DNA of 64,000 nt from a bacterium (lineage in GTDB: Bacteria; Patescibacteriota; Microgenomatia; JAMCZE01), in NCBI GenBank assembly GCA_021836035.1, contig JAKBJL010000004.1, positions 131,841-195,840 of the forward strand, read 5' to 3'. Shown here piece by piece: positions 1-10,282 of this stretch. A program made the position numbers and the translations under genes. The notes beneath the pieces were generated by a model. That model was not told the DNA's origin and did no database searches. It saw only the letters and a program-made list of their open reading frames with translations. How positions within the stretch are numbered: position 1 is the first letter of the stretch; each line of letters opens with the position of its first letter.

Positions 1-744
1 AGCCTCTTTGATGGGAATAATTGTATATTCCCCAACTTCATCATCACTTATTACTCCTAATATCGGCACTTTAATATTTTGAAAGAAAGTCAGATCTTTT
101 CCTTTCCGAAGAGGCAAAGCGACTGCATTTTCTGAATCTTCAGTAAAACCATGAAGATAAGTTTGAGCACTAATTGGCATTTCTCCACATAAGCCAAAAT
201 AATCATTCAAAAGTTTATAGCCTTCTTCTTTGTTATTTAGTTCTTCCGCCTCTTGTCGATAGTTTTTACCAATACTTTTCTCATATTTAATTTGTGTTCC
301 CACATTATCTGAAAACCCAAGAAGAATGACCCCTTTAACTTTGTCTTTATACTTGCCTTTGTTCATGTAATAAACACTTTTTTCTGTTCCATAACTATGG
401 CCTTCAAGAATAATGTTTTCGTAACCCTTGTTTAGGGCAAGCTCAATCCAAGAATCGATATCAAGAATACTGTCTTCAAACTTTTCCAAAGAAACACCAT
501 GATAAACCGTACCTTTTTCAAGCTCGTATACACCAGAACCTCGATTATTAGTGGAGAGATATGCAATTCCTAAATCAATAACGGAATTAGTAAGTAGTTC
601 AAAATAGCTGTTACCGTAGAAACTACCAGAAGAGCCGTGAATATGAAGAACTATTGTTTTTGATGGTCGGGAAGGTTCGGTAAGTATTCCGTGAAGAGTC
701 AAGCCGTCGGGAGTTTTTACGTTAACAATAGGATACATCGCCAT
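1..744 (-). CDS. alpha/beta-fold hydrolase (partial, 3' end runs off window)
   Basis: Reverse-strand translation starts MAMYPIVNVKTPDG at 744, with no stop before position 1. It contains HGSSG and the nucleophile-elbow GHSYG motif. Confidence 0.55.
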   Translation of the reverse strand, partial: MAMYPIVNVKTPDGLTLHGILTEPSRPSKTIVLHIHGSSGSFYGNSYFELLTNSVIDLGIAYLSTNNRGSGVYELEKGTVYHGVSLEKFEDSILDIDSWIELALNKGYENIILEGHSYGTEKSVYYMNKGKYKDKVKGVILLGFSDNVGTQIKYEKSIGKNYRQEAEELNNKEEGYKLLNDYFGLCGEMPISAQTYLHGFTEDSENAVALPLRKGKDLTFFQNIKVPILGVISDDEVGEYTIIPIKEA

Positions 745-1018
745 ATACTTGTATTCTATCAAAAATTAAGGAGCACTAGTTGTGGATTGAGGAACCGTTG
801 AACTTTTTGAATATCGAAAGAGCTTATTTCATGCCAGATTGTTCGAAGGTCGTGTACTAATGCCTGCAAAAACGCACGCTAAGCGATCGTAACCCCTAAA
901 ATAGGTTGGCTATATTTGCTAAGTTTCATTTTAATTTAGGAGGTTTCGGAAGGTATATTTATTAGTCAGCGGTCTTTTTTTACACCCAAAGATACGACTT
1001 TTCGGTCATGAGTGTGGT

Positions 1019-2263
1019 TTATTTGCGAAACCTAAACGGTTTGATCGTTTTGATCCTTTGAAAAATAAGAAAGTCGGTTATGAATAGAATAGCGATAAAA
1101 CTAAAGGAACAAAGCAAAGCTAGATACCAGTTATAGGTAACAGGAATAGTACTGGAAATTACCCGATTGATGTTATTCTCCGTGGGAAGAAAGTGGGGTT
1201 TTGCTGACAATTCCCAAGGGATTTCCATTGATACCTTTTGACGACTAAGGATTAATATTTCCACAAAGGCCAAAAGATTTCCGAATAGCAAAGCTAAGAT
1301 TGTCAACACGAAGTTCTCGGCCAAGAACTGTTTTCTTAAATCGCTTATTTTCCATCCAAGCATTCGCAAAATGGCCACCTCTTTCTCTCTGGTTTTCATA
1401 ATAAAAACAATGATTAAACCGTAAGCGATTGTTAAAGCGATACCCAGAATGAGGAGAGCGGTTTTTCCGAAAGACGATAGCAGTTTTATTTGATCGGTTA
1501 AGGTTTGAGAAAATGTTTTTTCGCTAAAAACGAGATAGTCTTTATTTAAATTTGTAATCGTTTTTGGAATATTTCCTTTCCATTGCGGCTTCGTTTTAAG
1601 TAACACTACGTTTACAAAGTTTTTATCCTGATCGGGAAAGAGCTTTTTCATCTCTTCTGAACCCTGGGCAATTTTCAAAGCCGAAGCATAATTAGTATAA
1701 ATATCGGCGGGGATAATATTCCCTGTAAGATTGGAATTTAAAACTCCTGATATTTTATATTCATTCTGACCCAACTTTATGTTTCCACCGACTTGTAACG
1801 AATTTTTTTGCGCAAAATCCTTATTTATTAAAATGTTATTTCCATCGAGATTAGGATTTCCTTCTATTACATTGGCCTTAAGAACATTAGTAAACAGACC
1901 CCCCTTAGTTTGTACCCCGAAGACATCCTTAAAATAATCGTTATCAAAATACCAAAAGTAAAGACCGGTATCTGCTTTTTGAACAAAATCGAGCTTAGAT
2001 AATCTTTCAACCTCGTTTTGGTAAATAGGTCCGTTAGAGTGCGGGTAAATTGCCCCGACCATCTGCTCGGGAATTTTGCCGGTCTTTTGCACCACCGTAT
2101 CTACACCAATGGCTTTAAATGGCAAGGTAGCGATTTGCTCAAGGTTTTGGCTGATTGTTAGGGTAACTAAAAGGAGGGAAAAGTATATTGCAATACTACA
2201 AACCAAAAGAATGGTTTTCCCGATATTTTTCTTAACCGATGAAAGAAAGTAGCTCAATATCAT
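1019..2263 (-). CDS. ABC transporter permease, FtsX/MacB-like
   Basis: 414 aa with an N-terminal TM helix, a large periplasmic-type domain and C-terminal TM helices typical of the FtsX fold. It is co-oriented with the ATPase at 3769..4446. Confidence 0.6.
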   Translation of the reverse strand: MILSYFLSSVKKNIGKTILLVCSIAIYFSLLLVTLTISQNLEQIATLPFKAIGVDTVVQKTGKIPEQMVGAIYPHSNGPIYQNEVERLSKLDFVQKADTGLYFWYFDNDYFKDVFGVQTKGGLFTNVLKANVIEGNPNLDGNNILINKDFAQKNSLQVGGNIKLGQNEYKISGVLNSNLTGNIIPADIYTNYASALKIAQGSEEMKKLFPDQDKNFVNVVLLKTKPQWKGNIPKTITNLNKDYLVFSEKTFSQTLTDQIKLLSSFGKTALLILGIALTIAYGLIIVFIMKTREKEVAILRMLGWKISDLRKQFLAENFVLTILALLFGNLLAFVEILILSRQKVSMEIPWELSAKPHFLPTENNINRVISSTIPVTYNWYLALLCSFSFIAILFITDFLIFQRIKTIKPFRFRK

Positions 2264-3324
2264 AGTTTCATGTCGTAATTAATCATTGGGGCTGATTTTA
2301 TAAGCTCGGGAAGTTGCCATTGGAGAAGCAAGGCAAAAACAGAAGCCAAAATTATGGCGCAGGTGATAATAAATAAGGAATCAATAATTATCCATTGTTT
2401 AACATTCATTTTCGGCCAGCCTAAAATATTTAATATTTCGGTTTGATATGCATATTCATGATGATGAAGTCGTAATACGGCAATAGTTAATAATAAAGAA
2501 ATTCCAATCATGGCAATACTAAAATATGACCCAAAGCGATAAAACATTTGACTAAGACCCGATAAATTTTTCAACAGGTTATCTTTACTGATAATCGAAA
2601 AGGATGGATATAGTGTTATTAATTTCTCTTTAACTTTCGACAGGTCGGAGGCAGATTGTAGGGAAATAAAGGCTTGATTGACGATGGTACCATTCTCGCC
2701 TGCCAGCTTAAGGGCCGTTTGATACGGCAAGAATCCCTGAGCATTAGCTAGATTGCTTTGCTCCTGAAAATCAACCAACCCGATGATTTTATAGATATTT
2801 GTGCCAATTCGGTAATCCCCCCCAATTTTATATTTAAAAAGTGTGGCAAAATGTCTTTCGAGGATTATTTCCTGCGAATCGTTATTGGTAAAAAATTTAC
2901 TCCCGGCCATGAGCATTTGTTCTATGTCTCTCAGACCTACTTTTGGTTCGTTTACATCCAGCGCTACGAGCGTCCGGTTTTTCTTAATATCAAATTGCCA
3001 TAAAACTAAGGCTGTCGAAACACCTGTGACGCCGGGCAGTTTGGAAATTTGTTCTGACGTTTGCGTTTTGGGAAACGATTCAAGGTTGAATGGTAAAATA
3101 ATCCCGCTGGTTTTTACCTTCTGTGGGTTTTTATTAGTATGATCCTTCTGGAGGATTATTTCCGTCTGTAGTAACTTAAGGGGATTATTGACAAGACCTT
3201 TAATATAGTTGGTAAAAACAATCGAGCTAATCCCCAAGAAAAGGATTGTTCCCGCCAGGCAAACCGTTATAACAGTTTTCCTCCAATAATAGAAGATATT
3301 TTTTAAAACAATTAGTATCATCAT
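2260..3324 (-). CDS. ABC transporter permease, FtsX/MacB-like (second subunit)
   Basis: 354 aa with the same architecture as its neighbour and a 4-nt overlap suggesting translational coupling. Confidence 0.6.
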   Translation of the reverse strand: MMILIVLKNIFYYWRKTVITVCLAGTILFLGISSIVFTNYIKGLVNNPLKLLQTEIILQKDHTNKNPQKVKTSGIILPFNLESFPKTQTSEQISKLPGVTGVSTALVLWQFDIKKNRTLVALDVNEPKVGLRDIEQMLMAGSKFFTNNDSQEIILERHFATLFKYKIGGDYRIGTNIYKIIGLVDFQEQSNLANAQGFLPYQTALKLAGENGTIVNQAFISLQSASDLSKVKEKLITLYPSFSIISKDNLLKNLSGLSQMFYRFGSYFSIAMIGISLLLTIAVLRLHHHEYAYQTEILNILGWPKMNVKQWIIIDSLFIITCAIILASVFALLLQWQLPELIKSAPMINYDMKL

Positions 3325-3329
3325 GCATG

Positions 3330-3761
3330 CTAGTTGAGAGTTTTTAATATGGCTCTCAGATTTTCATAACTCCACCCGCCCTCATACGACGGAGCAAAGG
3401 CGTCATCTTTAGGAAAGTTTTTCAGCTCGATACTTTTATCTCCCAAAGTGAATACATCTTTACCGTCGATGAAAATAGCAATTGGCATATGTTCGGTGAG
3501 GTTGTATTTGTCAATTAAGCTTTTGGCCTGGGGGTCATCAAAGCTAAATTCTTTTACCGTAAACTTCGGAAATTCTGCAATAATTGGCTCAACCTTCCTG
3601 ACAATAGCCTCAGCTGGTGGATGGGGAAGATAGAAAATCTCGACAGTTTGGGGATTCGCCCGATAAGAGGCAACATTGCTTACCAATCGGTGCTTTTGCT
3701 TAAATACTAAAAAGTAAGCGATAATCCCAATAACGCAAAATAATACTAAAATAATAGCCAA
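3330..3761 (-). CDS. membrane-anchored hypothetical protein in ABC operon
   Basis: 143 aa with a single N-terminal TM helix; no recognisable motif. Confidence 0.35.
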   Translation of the reverse strand: MAIILVLFCVIGIIAYFLVFKQKHRLVSNVASYRANPQTVEIFYLPHPPAEAIVRKVEPIIAEFPKFTVKEFSFDDPQAKSLIDKYNLTEHMPIAIFIDGKDVFTLGDKSIELKNFPKDDAFAPSYEGGWSYENLRAILKTLN

Positions 3762-3768
3762 AATTCTT

Positions 3769-4446
3769 TTACTCAGTTTTACCTCCTTTCACTGGCGATA
3801 ACCTTCTATTGGAAAGCTGATAAACCTTTTTTGTTTTTTTGGCAATATCTTTTTCATGGGTCACAATAACGAAGGTCGTGGAATATTTTTTATGAAGACT
3901 TTCAAACAAATTCATTATTTTGTCCGAAGTAGCCTCATCAAGATTGCCGGTCGGTTCATCGGCCAAGACTATTTTAGGTCTGTTAACTAAGCTACGGGCA
4001 ATCGCTACCCGTTGTTTTTCACCGCCGCTTAAATTATCTACACATTTGTTTTCCTTTCCCGAAAGGCCAACTTGATCGATCAAATCAAGGATACGTTTGT
4101 TCTTTTCTTTCTCGTCAATGTCTTTACGTGGATAGATGGCCAAATATATATTGTCAAAGACAGATAATGAGGGAATGAGTTTAAAGTCCTGAAAGACGAT
4201 GCCGATATTTTTAAGACGAAACCCAGCTAGTTGTTCTTCAGAGTAGCGAGTAATATCTGAGTTGGAAAAGATGACTTTGCCGCTGTCAGGAGAAACCAAG
4301 CCTGCCATGATAGATAAAAGGGTCGTTTTGCCAACACCAGATTTACCGATTATGCTAACAAATTCTTCTTCTCCTAATTCAAAACTAATCTGTCCCAAAA
4401 CTTCTTGATTGCCGTATGTTTTTGAAATCTGCTTTAAAGTCAACAC
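3769..4446 (-). CDS. ABC transporter ATP-binding protein (MacB/LolD-like)
   Basis: Walker [13 protein letters not shown] signature [15 protein letters not shown] and Walker [13 protein letters not shown]. Confidence 0.85.
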   Translation of the reverse strand: MLTLKQISKTYGNQEVLGQISFELGEEEFVSIIGKSGVGKTTLLSIMAGLVSPDSGKVIFSNSDITRYSEEQLAGFRLKNIGIVFQDFKLIPSLSVFDNIYLAIYPRKDIDEKEKNKRILDLIDQVGLSGKENKCVDNLSGGEKQRVAIARSLVNRPKIVLADEPTGNLDEATSDKIMNLFESLHKKYSTTFVIVTHEKDIAKKTKKVYQLSNRRLSPVKGGKTE

Positions 4447-4448
4447 GG

Positions 4449-4727
4449 TTATTTCTTATAAAGATTAATAACTTGGAATAACTTTTCCTTTTGTTCTTTA
4501 GAAAGTCCCTCGCCACCATTCAATATCTGATGGACGATACTCCCTTCCAAAGTTTTGCTCCTTAAAGCATCAAATGACTTCGCGACGGAGGTAACGAGCA
4601 TGGCAATATCCAGGCAATCAGCATCGTCAGCGATGTATTTTTTAAGTGTCTCTATCTGTCCTTGAATGCGACTAAGGTGATCCAGGGTGTGCTTTCTTCG
4701 CCCTTTAATTTTGGAATTTATTTTCAT
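4449..4727 (-). CDS. CsoR/RcnR/FrmR-family metal- or stress-sensing repressor
   Basis: 92 aa, all-helical, with the DUF156-like pattern including Cys38 (DADCLD) and His66 (SIVHQ). It lies divergently upstream of a DsrE-like and a Met-rich gene. Confidence 0.55.
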   Translation of the reverse strand: MKINSKIKGRRKHTLDHLSRIQGQIETLKKYIADDADCLDIAMLVTSVAKSFDALRSKTLEGSIVHQILNGGEGLSKEQKEKLFQVINLYKK

Positions 4728-4847
4728 ATAAATATACCCCTACCCCTATATAATATACACTTATTTCTGCTTAAATGCTGTAACGAATAAAGGAAAAAGA
4801 TTATAATACCCAAATTTATTAAAATACTTTATATAAATGGGTAAAAT

Positions 4848-5171
4848 ATGAAACTTGTCATTATTCTTTCAACTAACAACGCCGAAAGAAGCTGGAACGC
4901 CTTCAGGCTTGGGAACTTAGCGCTAAATAATGGTGATAATGTTAGTGTCTTCCTTATCGGTGAAGGTGTTGAATACTTAAAATTCAGTAGTGATAAATTT
5001 GACATCCAAAAACAAGTTGATGCCCTTCTTGAATCAGGAAAAGGTGAAATTTTAGCCTGTGAGACGTGCATGGTTCTTAGACATCAAGAAGGTAATAAGA
5101 CCTGTCCAGTCAGCGGGATAAAAGAACTATATAGCCTGATAAAAGAGAGCGATAAGGTAGTTACTTTTTAA
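4848..5171 (+). CDS. DsrE/DsrF/TusD-like sulfur-relay family protein
   Basis: 107 aa with a sequence pattern (MKLVIILSTNN...ILACETC) resembling the DsrE/DsrF-like family, including a conserved Cys pair. Confidence 0.5.
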   Translation: MKLVIILSTNNAERSWNAFRLGNLALNNGDNVSVFLIGEGVEYLKFSSDKFDIQKQVDALLESGKGEILACETCMVLRHQEGNKTCPVSGIKELYSLIKESDKVVTF

Positions 5172-5175
5172 TTTT

Positions 5176-5871
5176 ATGAAAAATATACTGTTTGGCTTAA
5201 GTACATTATTGATCTTAGGGTTTGTTTTTTCTGCTTTTGTTTCAGCCCAAGGAATGATGAATTGGGGTAATACTTCCAGTGCGACTCCCTCTTTGGTAAC
5301 TTCTACTGCTCAGGATGAAGCTAGGGGTAAACAAGTTTGGGATCAGCTGCAATCAAAACAAGCGACTTGTGATAGCTTAAAAGCTGACGATTATGAACTG
5401 TTGGGTGAATACTTTATGGGTCAATCTATTGGCAATACCGAAAGACATGCCGTGATGAACCAGATGATGCAAAATATGATGGGCCAAAACGGAGAGGAGC
5501 AAATGCACATATCGCTTGGTAAAAGATCAAGCGGTTGTGATACCAATGCTTCGTTTCCTTCAGGATACGGATTACCTATGGTGTGGTGGATGATGGGAGG
5601 AGGTGGTAATCCTATGATGGGATATGGCGGTTGGAATAACTGGGGCAATATGATGGGTTGGGGAGGTTTTGGCTTCGGTTGGATATTTATGATCATCTTT
5701 TGGATTCTTATTATTCTTGGGGTTGTTGCTTTGGTTCGATACTTTGGAGGTACCAAGCAAACCAGTATGGATAGAGCTAAAACTCCCTTGGATATCCTTA
5801 AAGAGCGATATGCTAAAGGAGAAATTGATAAAAAAGAATTTGAGGATAAGAAGAAAGACTTGAGTTCGTAA
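5176..5871 (+). CDS. secreted/membrane Met- and Gly-rich protein with C-terminal SHOCT domain
   Basis: A signal/TM segment is followed by Met-rich runs (MNQMMQNMMGQ, MVWWMMGGGGNPMMGYGGWNNWGNMMGWGG) and a TM helix. The C-terminus DILKERYAKGEIDKKEFEDKKKDL matches the SHOCT motif. Confidence 0.5.
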   Translation: MKNILFGLSTLLILGFVFSAFVSAQGMMNWGNTSSATPSLVTSTAQDEARGKQVWDQLQSKQATCDSLKADDYELLGEYFMGQSIGNTERHAVMNQMMQNMMGQNGEEQMHISLGKRSSGCDTNASFPSGYGLPMVWWMMGGGGNPMMGYGGWNNWGNMMGWGGFGFGWIFMIIFWILIILGVVALVRYFGGTKQTSMDRAKTPLDILKERYAKGEIDKKEFEDKKKDLSS

Positions 5872-6047
5872 AGGTTTTAACGCTTGCAAGCAAGGTCGGG
5901 TGTTGGGAAAGAGCCGTCCGTAACCACAACTTGGGTTCTAAGTTAATCTATAGCGAACAGCGTTTAGATATTTGTTCTTCCTGTTTACATATTGTACAAT
6001 CCTCTAAATTACCGAAGAAAACCCTCTTTCCTTCTGCCCAGAAATTT

Positions 6048-7805
6048 ATGAATATAGAGTACCTGCACCCCAAGGGGCAAAAGGTTCTGACTACCCGGAA
6101 TCAGGTTCTGGATCGGGTTCTCGAAAACCGGGAAGCAATCTCCTATATTGATAAATATTACTTTCTTAATCCTGAAGATCCTTTAAGAATATCTTTGGAG
6201 AGAAGCGGGATAAAAAAGGAACGGATGAAAGAAGCGATAGGCTTAATCGAGCATTCAATTCACAACGAAGAAACTATTTGTATTTACGGAGATTATGATG
6301 TCGACGGTGTCAGTTCTGCCGCGATTATATATAAGGCTTTAAAAATACGTGATGCTAAAGTAAAAGTATTTATTCCCAACCGCTTTGAAGACGGTTATGG
6401 ATTTACGGTTGAAGGCGTAAATAAAATTCTATCCCAACAAGACGATCTAGCCATGGGTGGGAATAATAAAGGATTATTTTTGATCTTTGATAGCGGAGTT
6501 TCTCCGGATTTCCAAAAAGCGATAGAATACGTTCATGAAAACAATATTAAAACAGCCGCTTTTGACCATCATGAGGCCGATAAGGTTAAACCGCCTCCCG
6601 ATCATGACGCCCTAGTCCATACTACCGAACTTTGTTCCGCCGGTATCAGCTGGTTTACCGCCCGAGAACTTTTACACAAAGAGGATATGGGAGAGCTTTT
6701 GGGTTTAGCTGCGTTAGCTACAATCGCCGACGTGGAAGAACTTAAAAATGTTAATCGGCTGATAACCTATCATGGCCTGAAAATGCTGCAAACGATCCAC
6801 TATCCGGGTTTATTGGCAGTTTACGATAAAGCCAATATTAAATCGATGCGCAATTTACATTATTTTGACATCGATACTTATAAAGTAAGCATGAATGTCG
6901 CTCCCCGCTTTAATTCCGCAGGAAGATACGGGGAAGCCGAAATTGCTTTTAAATGCCTAACCACCAACGACCAGAACGAGGCAGAAGTATTCGCAAAACA
7001 TTTAAATAATCGCAATTCCGAGCGCCGTCACCTTCAGGAAGAACAATCTTTTCAGGCATTAGAAATGGTGGCTAAAGAAGGATTGGAAAAAAACCTTTTC
7101 ATCTTACTGGTTAATAAAGAATTTCATGAAGGCATAGTGGGATTAATTGCCTCGGATATTATCAAAAAACACTATCTGCCTACCATTGTTCTCACTATTG
7201 ATCAAAAGGGCTTTGCCAGAGGTTCGGGTCGTTCAATCCGCAACTTCAGTATCTTAGAGGCCATGAAGTCCGCCGGAGACATTTATCACCGTATGGGCGG
7301 ACATGAGAAAGCCGGCGGTTTGACAATTAAGCCGGAAAATCTTGATATGCTTTATGAGCGATTAAAAGAATATACCCAAAATAAATTTCAAAACGTACGT
7401 CCCATATACAAATACCGGATTGACGCGGCTATTCCATTAAAGCTTGTAGATTTGGAACTTTATCAGGATATGCAAAAATTGGAACCCTTCGGTATCGGCA
7501 GCGAATATAACCAGAGACCAATTTTTATCAGCCGTGATATAAAAGTGGTTTCTGCCGGCGTGATGGGAAAAGAAAAAAACGATCTCTGGCTACAATTGAG
7601 GGATGGTAATGCTGGCCGTTCAACAAAGGCGGTATATTTCCGGCATGGGGAGTTGGCCGCCATAATGAAAAAACAACCGCTGATTTCTTTAGCCTATGAA
7701 ATTAAATATGATAATTATCAAAAACAACGAAACGAAGAGAGACCCGAAGAAGATAAATCGGTACCCCTGGAGTTAATGGTCAAAGACCTCGATATTCAGA
7801 CGTAA
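6048..7805 (+). CDS. recJ: single-stranded-DNA-specific exonuclease RecJ
   Basis: Shows the DHH motif ICIYGDYDVDGVSS and a DHHA1-type C-terminal region (GGHEKAGG). The ATG at 6048 is the likely true start within the longer ORF 5931..7805. Confidence 0.85.
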   Translation: MNIEYLHPKGQKVLTTRNQVLDRVLENREAISYIDKYYFLNPEDPLRISLERSGIKKERMKEAIGLIEHSIHNEETICIYGDYDVDGVSSAAIIYKALKIRDAKVKVFIPNRFEDGYGFTVEGVNKILSQQDDLAMGGNNKGLFLIFDSGVSPDFQKAIEYVHENNIKTAAFDHHEADKVKPPPDHDALVHTTELCSAGISWFTARELLHKEDMGELLGLAALATIADVEELKNVNRLITYHGLKMLQTIHYPGLLAVYDKANIKSMRNLHYFDIDTYKVSMNVAPRFNSAGRYGEAEIAFKCLTTNDQNEAEVFAKHLNNRNSERRHLQEEQSFQALEMVAKEGLEKNLFILLVNKEFHEGIVGLIASDIIKKHYLPTIVLTIDQKGFARGSGRSIRNFSILEAMKSAGDIYHRMGGHEKAGGLTIKPENLDMLYERLKEYTQNKFQNVRPIYKYRIDAAIPLKLVDLELYQDMQKLEPFGIGSEYNQRPIFISRDIKVVSAGVMGKEKNDLWLQLRDGNAGRSTKAVYFRHGELAAIMKKQPLISLAYEIKYDNYQKQRNEERPEEDKSVPLELMVKDLDIQT

Positions 7806-7830
7806 GAAGGGCCGCTTATCGGCCCTTCTT
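7805..7830 (+). terminator. hairpin downstream of recJ (gaagggccg-cttatc-ggcccttct)
   Basis: A 9-bp GC-rich inverted repeat lies immediately after the recJ stop. A second hairpin (cggactaacg..cgttagtctg) follows, and the T-run is weak. Confidence 0.4.
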
Positions 7831-8056
7831 AGCGGACTAACGAGCCTATGGATTCACGTTAGTCTGCTGCTTTCTAAAAACGCTTTTAACCTGTAGGCGC
7901 TTTTAACCTCCGGTACCCGTGGCTGCGGCAATGGGACCGGTAAGCACCCCGAAAATACGGACAAATTGTTTATCACCCCCTTTACGCTTCTAAAATATAT
8001 AACGAAGCATTTACGTTTTTGTTACAGTAGAGTATTTGTTATAAAATAAAATTTCT

Positions 8057-8617
8057 ATGGAAGATTTGAAACTGCTCGTAGATCAGGCCAAGAAAAATAA
8101 TAGCGAGGCTATCGCTAAAATTTATCGGCAGTTTTATAAACGGATTTATCAATACTGCCATTTTAATCTCTACCATACTCAGGATGCGCATGACGTAAGT
8201 CAGGAAATATTCCTGAAGTTCTGGAAGGCTTTGCCGAGGTTCTCCTGGCAAAAAGGAGGATCAATACAAGCTTTCTTTTACCGCATTGCCCGTAACACCA
8301 TTATTGATTTTAATAAAAAGAGGAAGGAAATATCTTTGGAAGATATTCCTGAAATCCCCGTACCAGATATGCTTTTGGAAAAAGCGGTAAAAGCGGATAA
8401 TGCTCAGCAGCTACATGCCGCATTAGATAAACTTGACGGAACGGAAAAAAAGATTTTAATTTTGCGTTACTTTCATAATCTTTCCTATAAAGAATTGTCA
8501 AACAAAATTAAAGTGCGGGAAGGAACGATCCGGATAAAAACTTACCGGTCATTGCAAAAATTAAGAAAAACTTTGGCAGATAAATTTCGCTTACCGCAAC
8601 TGCCTAATAAAAGATAG
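8057..8617 (+). CDS. RNA polymerase ECF-type sigma-70 factor
   Basis: 186 aa with sigma region 2 (HDVSQEIFLKFWK) and a region 4 HTH (LSYKELSNKIKVREGTIRIKTYRSLQKLR). Confidence 0.8.
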   Translation: MEDLKLLVDQAKKNNSEAIAKIYRQFYKRIYQYCHFNLYHTQDAHDVSQEIFLKFWKALPRFSWQKGGSIQAFFYRIARNTIIDFNKKRKEISLEDIPEIPVPDMLLEKAVKADNAQQLHAALDKLDGTEKKILILRYFHNLSYKELSNKIKVREGTIRIKTYRSLQKLRKTLADKFRLPQLPNKR

Positions 8618-10174
8618 CTATTTAGGCCGGAAAAAGGATTGGACCGTAGCATAATCCTGCTTAACCGTAAAATCACTATTAATTAACGACTCGTTTCCCC
8701 CCATACCCTCGTGCCAGTAATTAAAACCGATAACTCCGGATCGTTTAGCTGCGGTCATCGTATCATTTACCTGCTTTATAGGATCCGAAGCCCCCACTGC
8801 TCCCCATTCACCGATGATTATGGGGACATTGGGGTATCTTTTTTGTAATTCATTAAGATCATTTTGCATGGTGTCCCCTACCAGCTGGGGGTAATGGTCA
8901 ATAGTAATATTTCCCATCTGGGTAATGGTCGCGTCTTCTAAAATCCCATGCCAATCCGGGTTGTTATCTCCCCAGGCTACAAAACCATCAAAGCCGAAAT
9001 AACCAACCTTTACCCGTTTACCAATAGACTGAAAAGCATTAGAGGTCTCAGACATCGCCTGGCGCAGCCAGGAATTAAATTCAAAGGCCCCACTAAACTG
9101 GCAAAAATTTTGGGCACAGTAGGTAATTCCGTTAATCCCGCCGTTTTGCGGTTCCGGAATCGGAGTAAAAATGTCATTATCGGCAAAAAATTCCGGATGA
9201 GCTTTAATATAAGCAGATATCTGAGAAAGGTAATCCTGTTTAGTTTTAGTGACGCCATAGATACCTTCAAAAGCTAACGGCATATGGCGATGCCAAACAT
9301 TCAGACCATGGGCTCTAATCGCCTTTACCCAGTTAGCGGTATAATTTATTGCACTCCCGCAGCTTGGGTTGTCATAAGGAGTTTCCAACGCGACATAATT
9401 AACGCCCAAATTTTGAGCTTTATCCAACCATTTATTAATAAAATCCGCATTATCCTGGTTACAAATTTTATCTTTGGTTTCTTTCATGGAAGAAACGCTC
9501 TGGATCTCCCAGGTATGCGCCGAGCTTGTACTCATCGGGTTATTTAAACTGATCGCTACCGGAGTCGGTGAGGAGTCGGGAAATGTTGATGGCGACAAGG
9601 TTGGCGTTATTGTCGGAGTCGGAACGAGACTGGGTATCGGGGTTAGGGACGGAGTAACAACGGAAATTAAACTACCCCTTTTTATTAGTTGGACGTTAAT
9701 AATATCCACCTGAAACTTATGATCGGACCAAATCCGAGCGTGAAATTCACCTACCGGGTAATTGGTATTCAACCCACTAAATTTACTTAATGGAATTTGG
9801 ATATCTTGTTTGCCGTCATAGCAATTTTTACCGTAATTGGAGAGAGAAACATAATGCCAGGATCCCCCAGATGGTTGTTCAAATATAATTGCCGAGGCAT
9901 CCCCGTCTAAAAGACATAAACCGTGTAGGTCATAATTTAATTGTAAAGTATCATAACCGTTTAATGCATTAGCCGGTATATCTTGGTAATTTTCTGCAGC
10001 ACCGTTATTTCCTATAAAGTGCCAGGGAGAGGTTAAAAGGTTGTCTGAAGCCGCTAGAGTTAGAAAATTAAAATTGCTTGCCAGGAATACCGCAATTATT
10101 AAAAAACCGAAAATGATCGCCACCCTTACACTTGTAGACATTAACCGCATAAAGGGCAGACGGGATTCTATCAA
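8618..10174 (-). CDS. secreted glycoside hydrolase, clan GH-A (GH5-like) with N-terminal beta-domain and Pro/Thr linker
   Basis: Has a signal peptide, a PT-rich linker (TPSLTPIPSLVPTPTITPTLSPST) and TIM-barrel-type motifs IPEPQNG (acid/base) and IIGEWGA (nucleophile). Confidence 0.5.
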   Translation of the reverse strand: MIESRLPFMRLMSTSVRVAIIFGFLIIAVFLASNFNFLTLAASDNLLTSPWHFIGNNGAAENYQDIPANALNGYDTLQLNYDLHGLCLLDGDASAIIFEQPSGGSWHYVSLSNYGKNCYDGKQDIQIPLSKFSGLNTNYPVGEFHARIWSDHKFQVDIINVQLIKRGSLISVVTPSLTPIPSLVPTPTITPTLSPSTFPDSSPTPVAISLNNPMSTSSAHTWEIQSVSSMKETKDKICNQDNADFINKWLDKAQNLGVNYVALETPYDNPSCGSAINYTANWVKAIRAHGLNVWHRHMPLAFEGIYGVTKTKQDYLSQISAYIKAHPEFFADNDIFTPIPEPQNGGINGITYCAQNFCQFSGAFEFNSWLRQAMSETSNAFQSIGKRVKVGYFGFDGFVAWGDNNPDWHGILEDATITQMGNITIDHYPQLVGDTMQNDLNELQKRYPNVPIIIGEWGAVGASDPIKQVNDTMTAAKRSGVIGFNYWHEGMGGNESLINSDFTVKQDYATVQSFFRPK

Positions 10175-10282
10175 GAAATGTTAAAAATGCAAGAGCCTTT
10201 TTCACAAACTCTTTCCTAGTCCTTACAATATCAAGCCCCTTTTTTTTAAATTGACGTCTACTATAAGTAAAGTAAAAAGGGG

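Noticed and set aside
2758-3142. Two plus-strand ORFs (81 and 99 aa) inside the minus-strand FtsX permease gene
   Set aside because: They are antisense to a well-supported CDS and have low-complexity sequence. The same applies to the antisense ORFs within the A2M, asnB, polX, gatA/B, VirB4/VirB6 and AAA_5 genes.
5421-5889. Pro-rich and His-rich minus-strand ORFs (111 and 105 aa) opposite the Met/Gly-rich gene
   Set aside because: They are mirror-image low-complexity translations of the Met/Gly-rich repeats on the coding strand, with no independent support.
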